From an uncultured Candidatus Bathyarchaeia archaeon (GTDB lineage: Archaea > Thermoproteota > Bathyarchaeia > Bathyarchaeales > Bathyarchaeaceae), in assembly GCA_964347995.1 (NCBI GenBank), contig CAYGBA010000002.1:1-63591 (forward strand): a stretch of DNA of 63,591 nucleotides. The letters run 5' to 3'. Numbering within the stretch: position 1 is the first letter of the stretch; each line of letters begins with the position of its first letter. Of this stretch, positions 17,861-27,379 are shown piece after piece. A program made the translations under genes and the position numbers. A model generated the notes under the pieces. The model made no database searches and was not told the origin of the DNA. It saw only the letters and a list, made by a program, of their open reading frames with translations.

Positions 17861-20800
17861 CTCAACGCACTTATGATGAGGTTCATCTGCATGTCCGTGA
17901 AGCCCTTGATATCTATTGCCGAGCACCTGCATGTAGCGGCACAGGCTCCGCAACCCTTGCAGAGGGCGGCGTTCACCTTTGCTATTTTCCCCCTCTTTGT
18001 TTCTTCGATCTCTATGGCGTTGTAGGCGCATACTAGCATGCAGAGCTCGCATGCTGTGCATCTGTTCGAATTGACAGTGGCGACGATTCCCTCAGCCTCA
18101 ATAGTATCTTTTGTCAGCAGCGTACACGCTCTAGACACCGCGGCCTTCGCTTGAGAGATGCTCTCTTCTATGGATTTCGGCGAGTGAGCCATGCCACATA
18201 CGAAGATGCCTTCTGTTGCAAAGTCAACGGGCCGAAGCTTGGCGTGCGCCTCTAGGAAGAAGCCATCTTCGTTTATGGGAACCTTCAGCATCTTGGCTAG
18301 AACCTCGTTTTCTTCTGGTGGAACGATAGCTGCGCTTAGAACGATGTGGTCTGCATCTATCATGATGTCCTCTTGGATGGTCGGTTCAAAAACTGATACC
18401 TGCAACACTTCTTTTCCTCCTGACGCGGCCTTAGTAACCCTTGGCTTTTTTTCCTCTTCGTAGCGGATGAAGACCACTCCAGCCTCTCGAGCCCTTCTGT
18501 AGTGTTCTTCCATTAGACCATAGGTTCTGACATCTCGGCAAAGAACGTACACGTTAGCCTCCCGATCTTGCTCTTTTATTTTCAGGGAGTTCTTGACCGC
18601 CTCTCCACAGCACATTCTACTGCAGTATGGATGTTCATCATTCCTAGACCCTACGCACTGGATCATCACCACGTTGCCGAACTTCTCGTTGCCAGCAGTT
18701 GCGATTCTGTTCTCCAATTCCAGCTGCGTAAATACACGAGGATCTTTTCCATAGAGGTACTCGTTCGGATGATATTCTTTGCCTCCGGTAGCCACGATGA
18801 TAACTCCGTGCTCCAACTCTCTTTTCACTTTGCGGCCCGAGTTTAGAGCTACGGTAGTTTTGAAGTTCCCCACATAGCCGGAGACGTTCTCCACATTTGT
18901 GTTGAGGAAGATCTTGATCATCTTGTTTGCGTATACGTTTTCAATCATGGTTCTTAGGTACTCTTGGGTATCATCGTTGTCCAGCGTGTAGTGTATTTTG
19001 CGGAGGAAACCTCCAAGCTCTTTGTTCTTCTCTACTAAATCGATCTCAAAGCCTTGCTCGGCCAAGGCTAGAGCCGCGGTCATTCCTGCCAATCCTCCTC
19101 CGATGACGAGGCCTCGACGGGTGACACCTAGAGAAGGCCTCTCTAGGGGCTCTATCACTCGAGCCTTAGCCACCGCCATTCTCACCAAGTCCTTCGCCTT
19201 TTCGGTAGCTGCCTTGTGATCGTGCATGTGCACCCAAGAACACTGGTCGCGGATATTTGCCATCTCGAAGAGGTACCTGTTCAGTCCAGTTTCCCTTATT
19301 GTTTCTTGGAAGAGGGGTTCGTGGGTTCGGGGTGAACATGAGGCCACTATAACTCTGTTTAGTCCGTGTTCTTCGATTCTATTCTTGATTATCTCTTGAG
19401 TGTCTGAGGAGCATGTGTAGAGGTTGTCGCATGCATGGACGACGTTTGGCAGAGTTTGAGCATACTCCAAAACGCTTTGGACATCAACAACTCCTCCGAT
19501 ATTGATGCCACAGTGACAAATGAAGACGCCTATTCTGGGTGGCTGACCCCTAACATCCAGCTCTTTTGGATACTCCTTTTTCTTGACTAGGGTTCCTCGG
19601 GCGGAGGATAGCAATTCGCCCACGCTGGAAGCGGCAGCGCTGGCTTGTGTAACGGTTTCGGGAATATCCTTGGGTGAGGAGAACATGCCGCAGACGAAAA
19701 CTCCTGGTCTAGAGGTTTCTAGGGGATGAAACGCTTGGGTTTTCGAGAAGCCGTGCTCGTTCAGCTCCACATCGAGGTTTTTAGCCAGCTTCTTAGCGTT
19801 CTCGGATGGTGTGAAGCCAATCGAAAGGACAACTAGGTCGAACTCTTCCTCCAGGAGTCTTCCATCTTCTGCATCGTATCTGATTCGCAGGTTCTTTGTC
19901 TTGGGTATCTCCTCTACTCCGGACACCCTGCACCTGACAAACCTAACTCCATATTCTTCCTTAGCCCTCTCAATATACTTGTCGAAATCCTTCCCATAGG
20001 CACGCATGTCTATATAGAAGATGGTAGGTTCAATCTGGCTCATGTGCTCTCGGGCTATAACTGCCTCCTTTGTGGAGTACATGCAACAAACCGAAGAGCA
20101 GTAGCCGCTTCCACATGTTACATCTCTAGAGCCGACGCACTGTATGAAAGCGATCTTTCTCGGGATATCTCCGTCTGAGGGCCTCTGCACACGCCCCGTG
20201 AAAGGTCCGGAAGCGCTCAAGATGCGCTCGAACTCGATGCTCGTGACCACGTTGGTGTATCTTCCGTAACCGTACTCGCTCTTCAGTTTGGCGTTAAACT
20301 CCTCAACGCCGGGGGCGAGAATCACAGCGCCAACGTTCAGCCTTATTTCTTTCTCTTGATCTGTGTAGTTTATGGCGTCGGCCAGGCAAATGTTCTTGCA
20401 GAGTCCACAGCCCACACACTTTTCTCTGGCGATCATGTATACCAAGGGAACGGCTTGAGGGTAGTTGATGTGAATTGCTGTTCTCTCGCTTAGGCCTTTG
20501 TTGAAGGTATCTATGGCGTCGACTGGACAGAATTTGGCGCACAGCCCACATCCTGTACACTTTTCGATGTCAACGTATCTGGGGCGTTGTTTCAATGAGA
20601 CGATGAAGTTGCCTTCCTCTCCAGAAATCTCGGTAACTTCGGAACATGTCAAAGCCTCAACATTCAGGTGTCTTCCGCACTCCACGAGTTTTGGGGATAG
20701 AATGCACATGGAGCAGTCGTTCGTTGGAAAGGTTTTGTCTAGCTGTGCCATGACCCCGCCTATAGCCGGAGAGTTATCCACCACGTAAACCTTGAAACCT

Positions 20801-20904
20801 GACTCCGCCAGGTCGAGCGCAGCCTGTATTCCTCCAATTCCCCCACCCACAACCAACACTGAACCGACTTTGCCTGATTCAGAAACCGGGTTTTGCGAGT
20901 TCAT
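17857..20904 (-). CDS. hdrA: double-module HdrA-like flavoprotein (1015 aa; a fusion collinear with the two separate genes at 23398-24690 and 21717-23390)
   Basis: N module: VVGGGIGGIQAALDLA, FPTNDCSMCILSPK. C module: IGVFICHCGINIGG, VIGGGLAGMTAALALA and the C-terminal CTACELC...CKGCGACAATC. It aligns end to end with the 430-aa plus 557-aa neighbours. Confidence 0.85.
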   Translation of the reverse strand: MNSQNPVSESGKVGSVLVVGGGIGGIQAALDLAESGFKVYVVDNSPAIGGVMAQLDKTFPTNDCSMCILSPKLVECGRHLNVEALTCSEVTEISGEEGNFIVSLKQRPRYVDIEKCTGCGLCAKFCPVDAIDTFNKGLSERTAIHINYPQAVPLVYMIAREKCVGCGLCKNICLADAINYTDQEKEIRLNVGAVILAPGVEEFNAKLKSEYGYGRYTNVVTSIEFERILSASGPFTGRVQRPSDGDIPRKIAFIQCVGSRDVTCGSGYCSSVCCMYSTKEAVIAREHMSQIEPTIFYIDMRAYGKDFDKYIERAKEEYGVRFVRCRVSGVEEIPKTKNLRIRYDAEDGRLLEEEFDLVVLSIGFTPSENAKKLAKNLDVELNEHGFSKTQAFHPLETSRPGVFVCGMFSSPKDIPETVTQASAAASSVGELLSSARGTLVKKKEYPKELDVRGQPPRIGVFICHCGINIGGVVDVQSVLEYAQTLPNVVHACDNLYTCSSDTQEIIKNRIEEHGLNRVIVASCSPRTHEPLFQETIRETGLNRYLFEMANIRDQCSWVHMHDHKAATEKAKDLVRMAVAKARVIEPLERPSLGVTRRGLVIGGGLAGMTAALALAEQGFEIDLVEKNKELGGFLRKIHYTLDNDDTQEYLRTMIENVYANKMIKIFLNTNVENVSGYVGNFKTTVALNSGRKVKRELEHGVIIVATGGKEYHPNEYLYGKDPRVFTQLELENRIATAGNEKFGNVVMIQCVGSRNDEHPYCSRMCCGEAVKNSLKIKEQDREANVYVLCRDVRTYGLMEEHYRRAREAGVVFIRYEEEKKPRVTKAASGGKEVLQVSVFEPTIQEDIMIDADHIVLSAAIVPPEENEVLAKMLKVPINEDGFFLEAHAKLRPVDFATEGIFVCGMAHSPKSIEESISQAKAAVSRACTLLTKDTIEAEGIVATVNSNRCTACELCMLVCAYNAIEIEETKRGKIAKVNAALCKGCGACAATCRCSAIDIKGFTDMQMNLIISALR

Positions 20905-20937
20905 GTTGTTTATCCTCCATTTTGTTCGTTCGGTTCC

Positions 20938-21720
20938 TCACCCTTCAGCTCTTCGATACTTGGGGCTGTTTTCTTCGATTCCCACGACGGAGACTAGTCC
21001 GTCGCGCTCGAGAGAGACTATGTTTCTCAGCACTTCCCTTGGTGAAGCTTCCACTTTCTGGGCTATCTCTTTGACAGAGAGAGCGTCTTCTCTAATTGAG
21101 AGGAGAATCCTTCTTTTTGCAAACTCTTTTTCGACGGTTTGGTGCATCAGGTGGTCGAACTCTTCTTGTGGCACCTTCTCCCCGAAGACGTTCTTGTCTT
21201 CTACCAGCGCTCTTTCTCTGCCCATAAGCCATCTAATCCTTTCCAGGGCGAGAGCTTCCTTGGCCGCAACCAAGCGCGTCCTCAACTGTGGTGGCTCCAG
21301 GGTTGTTTCTTTGCCAAGCTGACCTAGTTTTCTTATTCTTTCTGTGAAATCTTTCACCAGCGTTGCAAAACGTTCACCCTCCGCCGCGGACACCCAATCA
21401 ACCAACAGTCGATCAGAAGACAAACCTGTGTTCTTCAGGACCTTTTTCGTCGTCTTCATCCTTCTTTCCGCGTAGTAGTTTCCGGTCATGTAGTGACAAG
21501 TTCCTAGGTGGCAGCCCAGGACCATGACGCCGTCTAGCCCTTGAATGAAAGCTTCAAGAATGATCGTTGGGTCAACCCTTGCTGAACACATCACCCTAAT
21601 GATCTTCACGTTAGGAGGGTACTGCATACGACTGACCCCCGCCAAATCCGCACTGGCGTAGGAGCACCAGTTGCAGAGAAAACCAACAATGTCTGGTTCA
21701 AAGCTTTTTTGAGAAGTCAA
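20938..21720 (-). CDS. mvhD: MvhD-domain protein with a ~125-aa C-terminal extension ending in a winged-helix-like motif
   Basis: FLCNWCSYASADLAG...IIRVMCSARV...LGCHLGTCHY, then ...ALSVKEIAQKVEASPREVLRNIVSLERDGLVSVVG. Probable TTG start at 21720, overlapping the hdrA stop as TTGA. Confidence 0.75.
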   Translation of the reverse strand: MTSQKSFEPDIVGFLCNWCSYASADLAGVSRMQYPPNVKIIRVMCSARVDPTIILEAFIQGLDGVMVLGCHLGTCHYMTGNYYAERRMKTTKKVLKNTGLSSDRLLVDWVSAAEGERFATLVKDFTERIRKLGQLGKETTLEPPQLRTRLVAAKEALALERIRWLMGRERALVEDKNVFGEKVPQEEFDHLMHQTVEKEFAKRRILLSIREDALSVKEIAQKVEASPREVLRNIVSLERDGLVSVVGIEENSPKYRRAEG

Positions 21721-23390
21721 AGCTTCACCTCCGCTAGGGCAATTACCTGTGCAAGAAGTTGCTCGTCTGTAAAGTGTCTCATGGTGATCGCCCTCTGGGG
21801 GCAGCCGGCACCACATGCCCCACAACCCTTACAGGAGGCAGCTATTATCCTGGCTTTCCTTCCCTTCTCGGTTTCTTCGACTTGGATCGCTTTGAAGGGA
21901 CAGGTCAGCTCGCACAAGCCGCACCCTGAGCATTCGTCTTCATCAATCACTGGGATCAGGGGTTCGGTTTTCACACGTCCAACTGACATAGGTATAGACG
22001 CTCGAGAAGCTGCGCCATACGCTTGAAAAATACTCTCGCCGATATTGGCTGGCCAGTGGGCGCAGCCACACACATATATGCCGTCTGTTGCGAAGTCAAC
22101 GGGGCGAAGTTTCACGTGGGCCTCTAGGAAGAAGCCGTTCTCATCCACTGGCACTTTCAGTTTTTGCGCTAGATCGGCGGAGTCAGGGTGGGCGACCATT
22201 GGGGTGGACAGCACGACAAGGTCGCACGGCAGGGTCAGTTCTTCGCCCAAGAACTCATCATAAACTCTCACCGATCCGTCCTCGACGACTGGTTCCCTTT
22301 CTGCCGAATATTTTATGAACGTTATGCCAGTTTCTCTCGCTTTTCCATAATAGTCCTCATAGATTGTCCCCTGAGCCACCATATCCTTGTAGAGTAGGAA
22401 AACCTGGGCATCTGGTTTGGTTCCCATAATCAGCATGGCGTTTTTTAGGGCAGTTGGACAGCAAACCTTAGAGCAGTAGGTTCTCTTTTTGCTTCTAGAC
22501 CCTACACATTGAATCATCACAATCGTTTCAGCGGTGAGCCTTCCTTCTTTAAGCATTTGTTCCAGCTCCATCTGGGTGACGACAGTCTCTCCATTGTAGC
22601 CATACATGCCTACAGGCTTGAACGTCTCGGCGCCTGTTGCCACTATTATCACCCCGGCCCTGAATAACCTCTCTTTTTCTCCCTGCGTTACCGTGACGTC
22701 ATAGTTACCAACAAAACCCTCAACTGCTTCAACTGCGGAAGATGTCAAGATTTCGATCTTCGGGTTCTTCTCAATCTCCTTGATCTTCAATTGGACCAAC
22801 CTTGAGGCTGCTTCGTTAGTTGGGTAGAGTTTGTAGAGGCGACTTAGAGTTCCGCCTAACTGGCTCTCCTTTTCTACCAGCTTCACCTCAAAGCCTCGGT
22901 TGGCTAGGCTGAGCGCACAGGTCATTCCCGCGATTCCTCCGCCAATCACCAAAGCACAGGGGTTGACCTCAACCTCGGTCTCTTCCAGGGGCTCCAACAA
23001 CGCAGCTTTTGCGACTCCCATCCTTATGAGAGTCTTCGCCTTTTCGGTTGCTCTCTCCCTTTCTTGCATGTGAACCCAAGAGCACTGATCCCTTATGTTG
23101 ACGAACTGAAACAAGTAGGGGTTAAGCCCTGCCTCGTTGCAGGTTGACCTGAACAGGGGCTCGTGGGTTCTGGGGGTGCAGGAGGCAACAACTACACGGT
23201 TCAGCTTGTTTTCAGTCACAGCGTTCTTTATCTCTGTCAATCCAGCCTCGGAGCAGGTATACTGGTTGTCCTTTGCGAAGACAACGTGTGGCAAGTTCAA
23301 GGCATATTTGGCGAGACTCGGGACGTCCAGAAAACCTCCTATGTTTGTGCCGCAGTGACAGACGAAAACACCGACTCTCACTTCATCCAA
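21717..23390 (-). CDS. hdrA: HdrA-like flavoprotein, classical module (557 aa)
   Basis: VGVFVCHCGTNIGG, VIGGGIAGMTCALSLA and the C-terminal ferredoxin motifs CSGCGLCELTCP / CKGCGACGAGCP. TTG start at 23390 with GGTGA 7 nt upstream. Confidence 0.85.
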   Translation of the reverse strand: MDEVRVGVFVCHCGTNIGGFLDVPSLAKYALNLPHVVFAKDNQYTCSEAGLTEIKNAVTENKLNRVVVASCTPRTHEPLFRSTCNEAGLNPYLFQFVNIRDQCSWVHMQERERATEKAKTLIRMGVAKAALLEPLEETEVEVNPCALVIGGGIAGMTCALSLANRGFEVKLVEKESQLGGTLSRLYKLYPTNEAASRLVQLKIKEIEKNPKIEILTSSAVEAVEGFVGNYDVTVTQGEKERLFRAGVIIVATGAETFKPVGMYGYNGETVVTQMELEQMLKEGRLTAETIVMIQCVGSRSKKRTYCSKVCCPTALKNAMLIMGTKPDAQVFLLYKDMVAQGTIYEDYYGKARETGITFIKYSAEREPVVEDGSVRVYDEFLGEELTLPCDLVVLSTPMVAHPDSADLAQKLKVPVDENGFFLEAHVKLRPVDFATDGIYVCGCAHWPANIGESIFQAYGAASRASIPMSVGRVKTEPLIPVIDEDECSGCGLCELTCPFKAIQVEETEKGRKARIIAASCKGCGACGAGCPQRAITMRHFTDEQLLAQVIALAEVKL

Positions 23391-23397
23391 GTCCTTG

Positions 23398-24690
23398 TCA
23401 CCTCATTACCGTTTCTGCAGCTCTCTCGGCGGCTCCACTCGCTTGGGCTACGGACTCTGGTATATCAGTTGGTTCTCGGCAGCAACCGCACACAAATATT
23501 CCCGGCCTTGTCGCGTCCAGTGGGTTGAGGGGATCTGTCTTGAAGAAGTTATATTCGTCAAGCTCGACGTCCAAGACTCTTGCCAGTTCTTTCACGCCTC
23601 TCCTCGGCATCAGGCTTGTGGCCAAAACCGCTAGATCAGCGATCATTTCCTTTGTTTTGGAGCTTTGGGATTCTTCATACCAAACTATGGGATTCTCGTC
23701 ATGATCTTCGGTGATCTTGGCTACTCTTCCTCTGATATACGATATGTTGTACTCTTGCTCTCCTCGTGCCACGTACTCTTGAAAGCCTTTGCCCGCGGCT
23801 CTGAGGTCCATGTAAAATATGCAAGATTTCACCTTGGGGCTGTGTTCGTAGGCAAGCATAGCCTCCTTGGTTGCGTGCATACAGCAGACGGATGAGCAGT
23901 AACGGTTGTTGTTGAAGTCTCTAGACCCGACGCACTGGACGAAAGCTATTTTCTCTGCAGGCTTGTTGTCTGAAGGCCTCAGGAGATGTCCTCCGGTGGG
24001 TCCTGAAGCGCACATCAGTCTCTCGTATTCCAAAGATACGATGACATTCCTGTACCTTTTGTACCCATACTGGGGGATTCCAGACGGATCGTAGGGGTCA
24101 TAACCAGTAGCGACAACAATGGCGCCAACGTGCAACATTACGTCTGTGTCTTTCTGCTCAAAATCTATTGCCTCTCTGGTGCAGAATTTTTCGCAAATTC
24201 TACACACGCCTCGCGTTAGGTAGAGGCAGTTTTCCCTGTCAAGGGTCATGACCGCTGGAACACCTTGCAGGTAGTATGGATATATGGCCTCCCTCTTTCT
24301 CAGTTTCATATCAAACTCGTCAGGCACCTTTACGGGGCACTTTGCAGCGCAATCCCCACAGTTGACACACTTCTCTTCGTCAACAAATCTGGCATACTTG
24401 CGTAACTTCACTGAGAAATTTCCTATCTGTCCCGTTACTTCTTTGACTTCTGATAGTGTGTAGAGGGTGATGTTTGGGTGTCTGAAGCAATCAGCGAGTT
24501 TTGGGGATAGTATGCATATGGAGCAATCGTTTGTGGGAAAAGTTTTGTCGAGTTGAGCCATTCTTCCTCCTATACTCGGCTTTCTCTCAACCAGATGTAC
24601 CGTTATTCCCATATCTCCGAGGTCGAGGGCTGCCTGAATCCCCGCTATTCCACCACCAATGACCAGAACCGATTTAGGCTTTTCCTTCAA
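23398..24690 (-). CDS. hdrA: HdrA-like flavoprotein, N-type module (430 aa)
   Basis: VIGGGIAGIQAALDLG, FPTNDCSICILSPK and an inserted ferredoxin CVNCGDCAAKCP. It is collinear with the first ~440 aa of the 1015-aa fusion. Confidence 0.8.
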   Translation of the reverse strand: MKEKPKSVLVIGGGIAGIQAALDLGDMGITVHLVERKPSIGGRMAQLDKTFPTNDCSICILSPKLADCFRHPNITLYTLSEVKEVTGQIGNFSVKLRKYARFVDEEKCVNCGDCAAKCPVKVPDEFDMKLRKREAIYPYYLQGVPAVMTLDRENCLYLTRGVCRICEKFCTREAIDFEQKDTDVMLHVGAIVVATGYDPYDPSGIPQYGYKRYRNVIVSLEYERLMCASGPTGGHLLRPSDNKPAEKIAFVQCVGSRDFNNNRYCSSVCCMHATKEAMLAYEHSPKVKSCIFYMDLRAAGKGFQEYVARGEQEYNISYIRGRVAKITEDHDENPIVWYEESQSSKTKEMIADLAVLATSLMPRRGVKELARVLDVELDEYNFFKTDPLNPLDATRPGIFVCGCCREPTDIPESVAQASGAAERAAETVMR

Positions 24691-25825
24691 GGATCTGTCC
24701 TCCAGCCAACTCCGAGAGCCTCTCCTTTGCTCTCATCTTCTTTCTTCTAGAAAAGGAGACAATCTTTGCCAGCATCTTCGTCTTCTCTAGCTTACTCTCC
24801 TCAGCATCTCTGAAAGCTCTCTCTTGAATGTAGCCCTTACGAAGGGCTCCGTCGAGGACTGATGCGCCCATCTTTGTCCTCAAAAGGGTTGTAGTGTATC
24901 CATCTGGCGAACCAAGTCCTCCGACCGAAATGTCTGCGTACTCGTTACTGAAGTCGTGACACGTCAAACATGCTGGGCGAGCAACTTCGTGCACCTCTTC
25001 AAGCGGAACATGAATTGTCACGCCCTTGGTGAGCGTAATTATAAAGTCGTCCTTGATGTTCAGTTTTACAACATCCTCCAGATTGACATCGAGTTTCTTC
25101 TCCAACCGCTCCCTTGCCACGTCATCAAAAGAGAAATTCTCTATGCAAAACAGCCCTATCGCATATTTTATGAGGTGAGCTGGGAGTATCCCGAGGCATT
25201 GCATCTTTCGGATCGCGTTGATCTGGCAGGGAGTTCCAACCACCGCTATGTCCCGCAAATATTTTTTCTCTAGGCTCTTTATAGTGGACAGGATCGGAGT
25301 GTAGGTAGTGTATTTTCCTCCCAACTCTTCTAAATGGAGGGATCCTGAGAACGTGGAGCCTGTTGCTTCTATGAGTTCCTCAGGAGTTCTGGCGATTGTT
25401 GCCTTTCTGGCGAAGCGCCCGATCTTCTTTGAGACTACGGCGCCATTTATCAAGTTGCGATCCAGCAAGTATAGGAGGAGGGAGGTCACCACACCTCCGT
25501 CTGTGCAAATCTCCTTTACCTCCTTATTCGTCGTCTGAGCGGAGGTTATCCTCTGAAAATCGCCCATGGGCGGCTTCCAACCAAACTTTTCTTGAAGCTC
25601 TGCGTCTAACGTATCTGTTTGGGGGCATATGAGGTAGCAGATTCCGCATTTTAGACAGTTATCTTCATTGATGTATCGTGGTAGTTCGTTCTTGCCCATC
25701 TCTAGGGCGTTGAGTTCTCCCGCTGAGCAAAAGGAGATGCAGCCACCACACTTACCGCATATTCCTTTCTCAACAACTTCTATGGCTAGGTCCTTGAATG
25801 ACTTAATCTCCTCCATAGCAACCAA
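24674..25825 (-). CDS. FrhB-family protein (coenzyme F420 hydrogenase/dehydrogenase beta-like) with N-terminal 2x[4Fe-4S] ferredoxin
   Basis: CGKCGGCISFC and CLKCGICYLICP are followed by FrhB-type regions, including AVVGTPCQINAIRKMQ and CHDFSNEYADISVGG. Confidence 0.75.
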   Translation of the reverse strand: MVAMEEIKSFKDLAIEVVEKGICGKCGGCISFCSAGELNALEMGKNELPRYINEDNCLKCGICYLICPQTDTLDAELQEKFGWKPPMGDFQRITSAQTTNKEVKEICTDGGVVTSLLLYLLDRNLINGAVVSKKIGRFARKATIARTPEELIEATGSTFSGSLHLEELGGKYTTYTPILSTIKSLEKKYLRDIAVVGTPCQINAIRKMQCLGILPAHLIKYAIGLFCIENFSFDDVARERLEKKLDVNLEDVVKLNIKDDFIITLTKGVTIHVPLEEVHEVARPACLTCHDFSNEYADISVGGLGSPDGYTTTLLRTKMGASVLDGALRKGYIQERAFRDAEESKLEKTKMLAKIVSFSRRKKMRAKERLSELAGGQILEGKA

Positions 25826-25960
25826 ACCTTGGACCGTTACTATAGTTTTACACCATTATTTAGGAATTTCTTGTATTCAAATTGGAAAACAACAAATATA
25901 AAGAAGGCGTGTGACCCTATAGTTTCTCGCGAAGCAGAAAAGTCTAGGAGAGATTCTAGG
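25826..25960. promoter_or_regulatory. divergent intergenic region between the frhB-like operon and the CoADR-like gene
   Basis: 135 bp, AT-rich, with TATA-like runs (CTATAGTTTTA, AAATATAAAG). This applies only if the + gene starts at TTG 25961. No transcription data. Confidence 0.3.
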
Positions 25961-27313
25961 TTGCCTAGGAAAATAGTAATAGTCGGCGCTAACGCTGCTG
26001 GTGTTCATGCAGCAAACGCAGCCCGCAAAGCCGATCCCAAGGCACAAATAACATTAGTAGATAAGGAGCCATATCCAGCCTACTCTCGCTGCGGTATACC
26101 ATACGTACTGGCCGGTGAGATACCAAGTTTTGATGACCTCACAGCCTTTCCTCCAACCCACTATAGGATGATGAAGTTTGACCTACGCCTTGAAACCAAG
26201 GCGAGATCTATCAATCCCGATGACAAAATTGTTCTGATCGAAGACAAGGAAGGAAACTTTGAAGCACTGAAATATGACTCATTGATCCTCGCCACCGGTG
26301 CTGATCCATTCATCATACCGATTGAAGGTCGTAACCTTCCAGGGGTGTTTGCAATGAGGACGGTGAATGACGGAAGGGGAATTCAAGAGGCTATGAAGAC
26401 GGCCAAAAGCGCGGTTGTTATCGGTGCTGGATTCATTGGTTTGGAAACCGCGCATGCTCTTGCAACGAACAAAATTGAGACTGCGATCATTGAGGTAGTG
26501 CCATACATTCTTCCCGCATTATTTGATGAAGACATGGCTGACTACACGCAGAAGAAAATTGAAGAACAAGGTGTTAAGGCGATGGTAGGTCGGCGAGTCG
26601 ATGCAATTCTAGGAAAAGACAAGGTTGAAGGCGTAAGCGTAGGCGGCGAAGAAGTAAAAGCAGATATCGTTGTCATGGCCGCAGGCATCAGACCTAGAAC
26701 AGACTTGATAAGAGGACTAGGAGTAGAACTAGGCGTAACCAGAGCTATTAGAGTGAACCCAAGAATGGAAACCAGTGTTTCCGGCATATTCGCAGCTGGA
26801 GACTGTGTTGAATCCCAAAGCTCGATCACAGGGCTCCCCTGCCTCTACCAACTTGGAACCAACGCAGTCAGGCAAGGAACAACGGCTGGAATAAACGCCG
26901 CGGGAGGATACGCTGCCAATCCACGCGTCATTTGCAGCGCAGTTTCAAAAATCTTCGATTTCGAACTCGGAGCAGTAGGTCTCTCAGAGTATCAAGCCGC
27001 CAAGATTGGTTTCCAAACGGTCAGTGCAAGCATCACGGGAAGAACGCGAGCGGCATATTTCCCGGGAGGAAAAGAGGTTAGGGTAAAAGTTATTGCCGAG
27101 CCTGTTTTGGGTAGAATTATGGGAGCCCAGCTAGTCGGTGGGGAAGATGTGGCGCAGAGAGTTAACATGCTCTCTGTGGCTATACAAAAGGAAATGACGG
27201 CATTAGAGCTTTCGACGGCGGATACGAGTTATGCTCCTCCAGTTGCTGAGACTGTGGAACCTGTGGCGACAGCCGCGGAGATTGTCGCAAAGAAGATACG
27301 GCGGCGTAGGTAG
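25961..27313 (+). CDS. pyridine nucleotide-disulfide oxidoreductase, CoA-disulfide reductase / NADH oxidase / NSR-like
   Basis: IVIVGANAAGVHAA (FAD GxGxxG), single redox Cys in YSRCGIPY, VVIGAGFIGLETA (NAD) and FAAGDC. There is no ATG. I favour TTG 25961 (TAGGAGAG upstream) over the track TTG at 25829. Confidence 0.75.
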   Translation: MPRKIVIVGANAAGVHAANAARKADPKAQITLVDKEPYPAYSRCGIPYVLAGEIPSFDDLTAFPPTHYRMMKFDLRLETKARSINPDDKIVLIEDKEGNFEALKYDSLILATGADPFIIPIEGRNLPGVFAMRTVNDGRGIQEAMKTAKSAVVIGAGFIGLETAHALATNKIETAIIEVVPYILPALFDEDMADYTQKKIEEQGVKAMVGRRVDAILGKDKVEGVSVGGEEVKADIVVMAAGIRPRTDLIRGLGVELGVTRAIRVNPRMETSVSGIFAAGDCVESQSSITGLPCLYQLGTNAVRQGTTAGINAAGGYAANPRVICSAVSKIFDFELGAVGLSEYQAAKIGFQTVSASITGRTRAAYFPGGKEVRVKVIAEPVLGRIMGAQLVGGEDVAQRVNMLSVAIQKEMTALELSTADTSYAPPVAETVEPVATAAEIVAKKIRRRR

Positions 27314-27379
27314 GAACCTTCATTAGGCGCTGATCTCCCGCGCATGAGGAGATGTTGTGGACTGCTGAAGGTTAAATGA

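Noticed and set aside
17423-21825. Interpretation of the two mvhD genes as part of an Mvh [NiFe] hydrogenase locus
   Set aside because: No large or small hydrogenase subunit genes (mvhA/mvhG) or maturation genes occur in the window. The neighbours are Flx/Asr/HydBG-type and FrhB-type modules instead.
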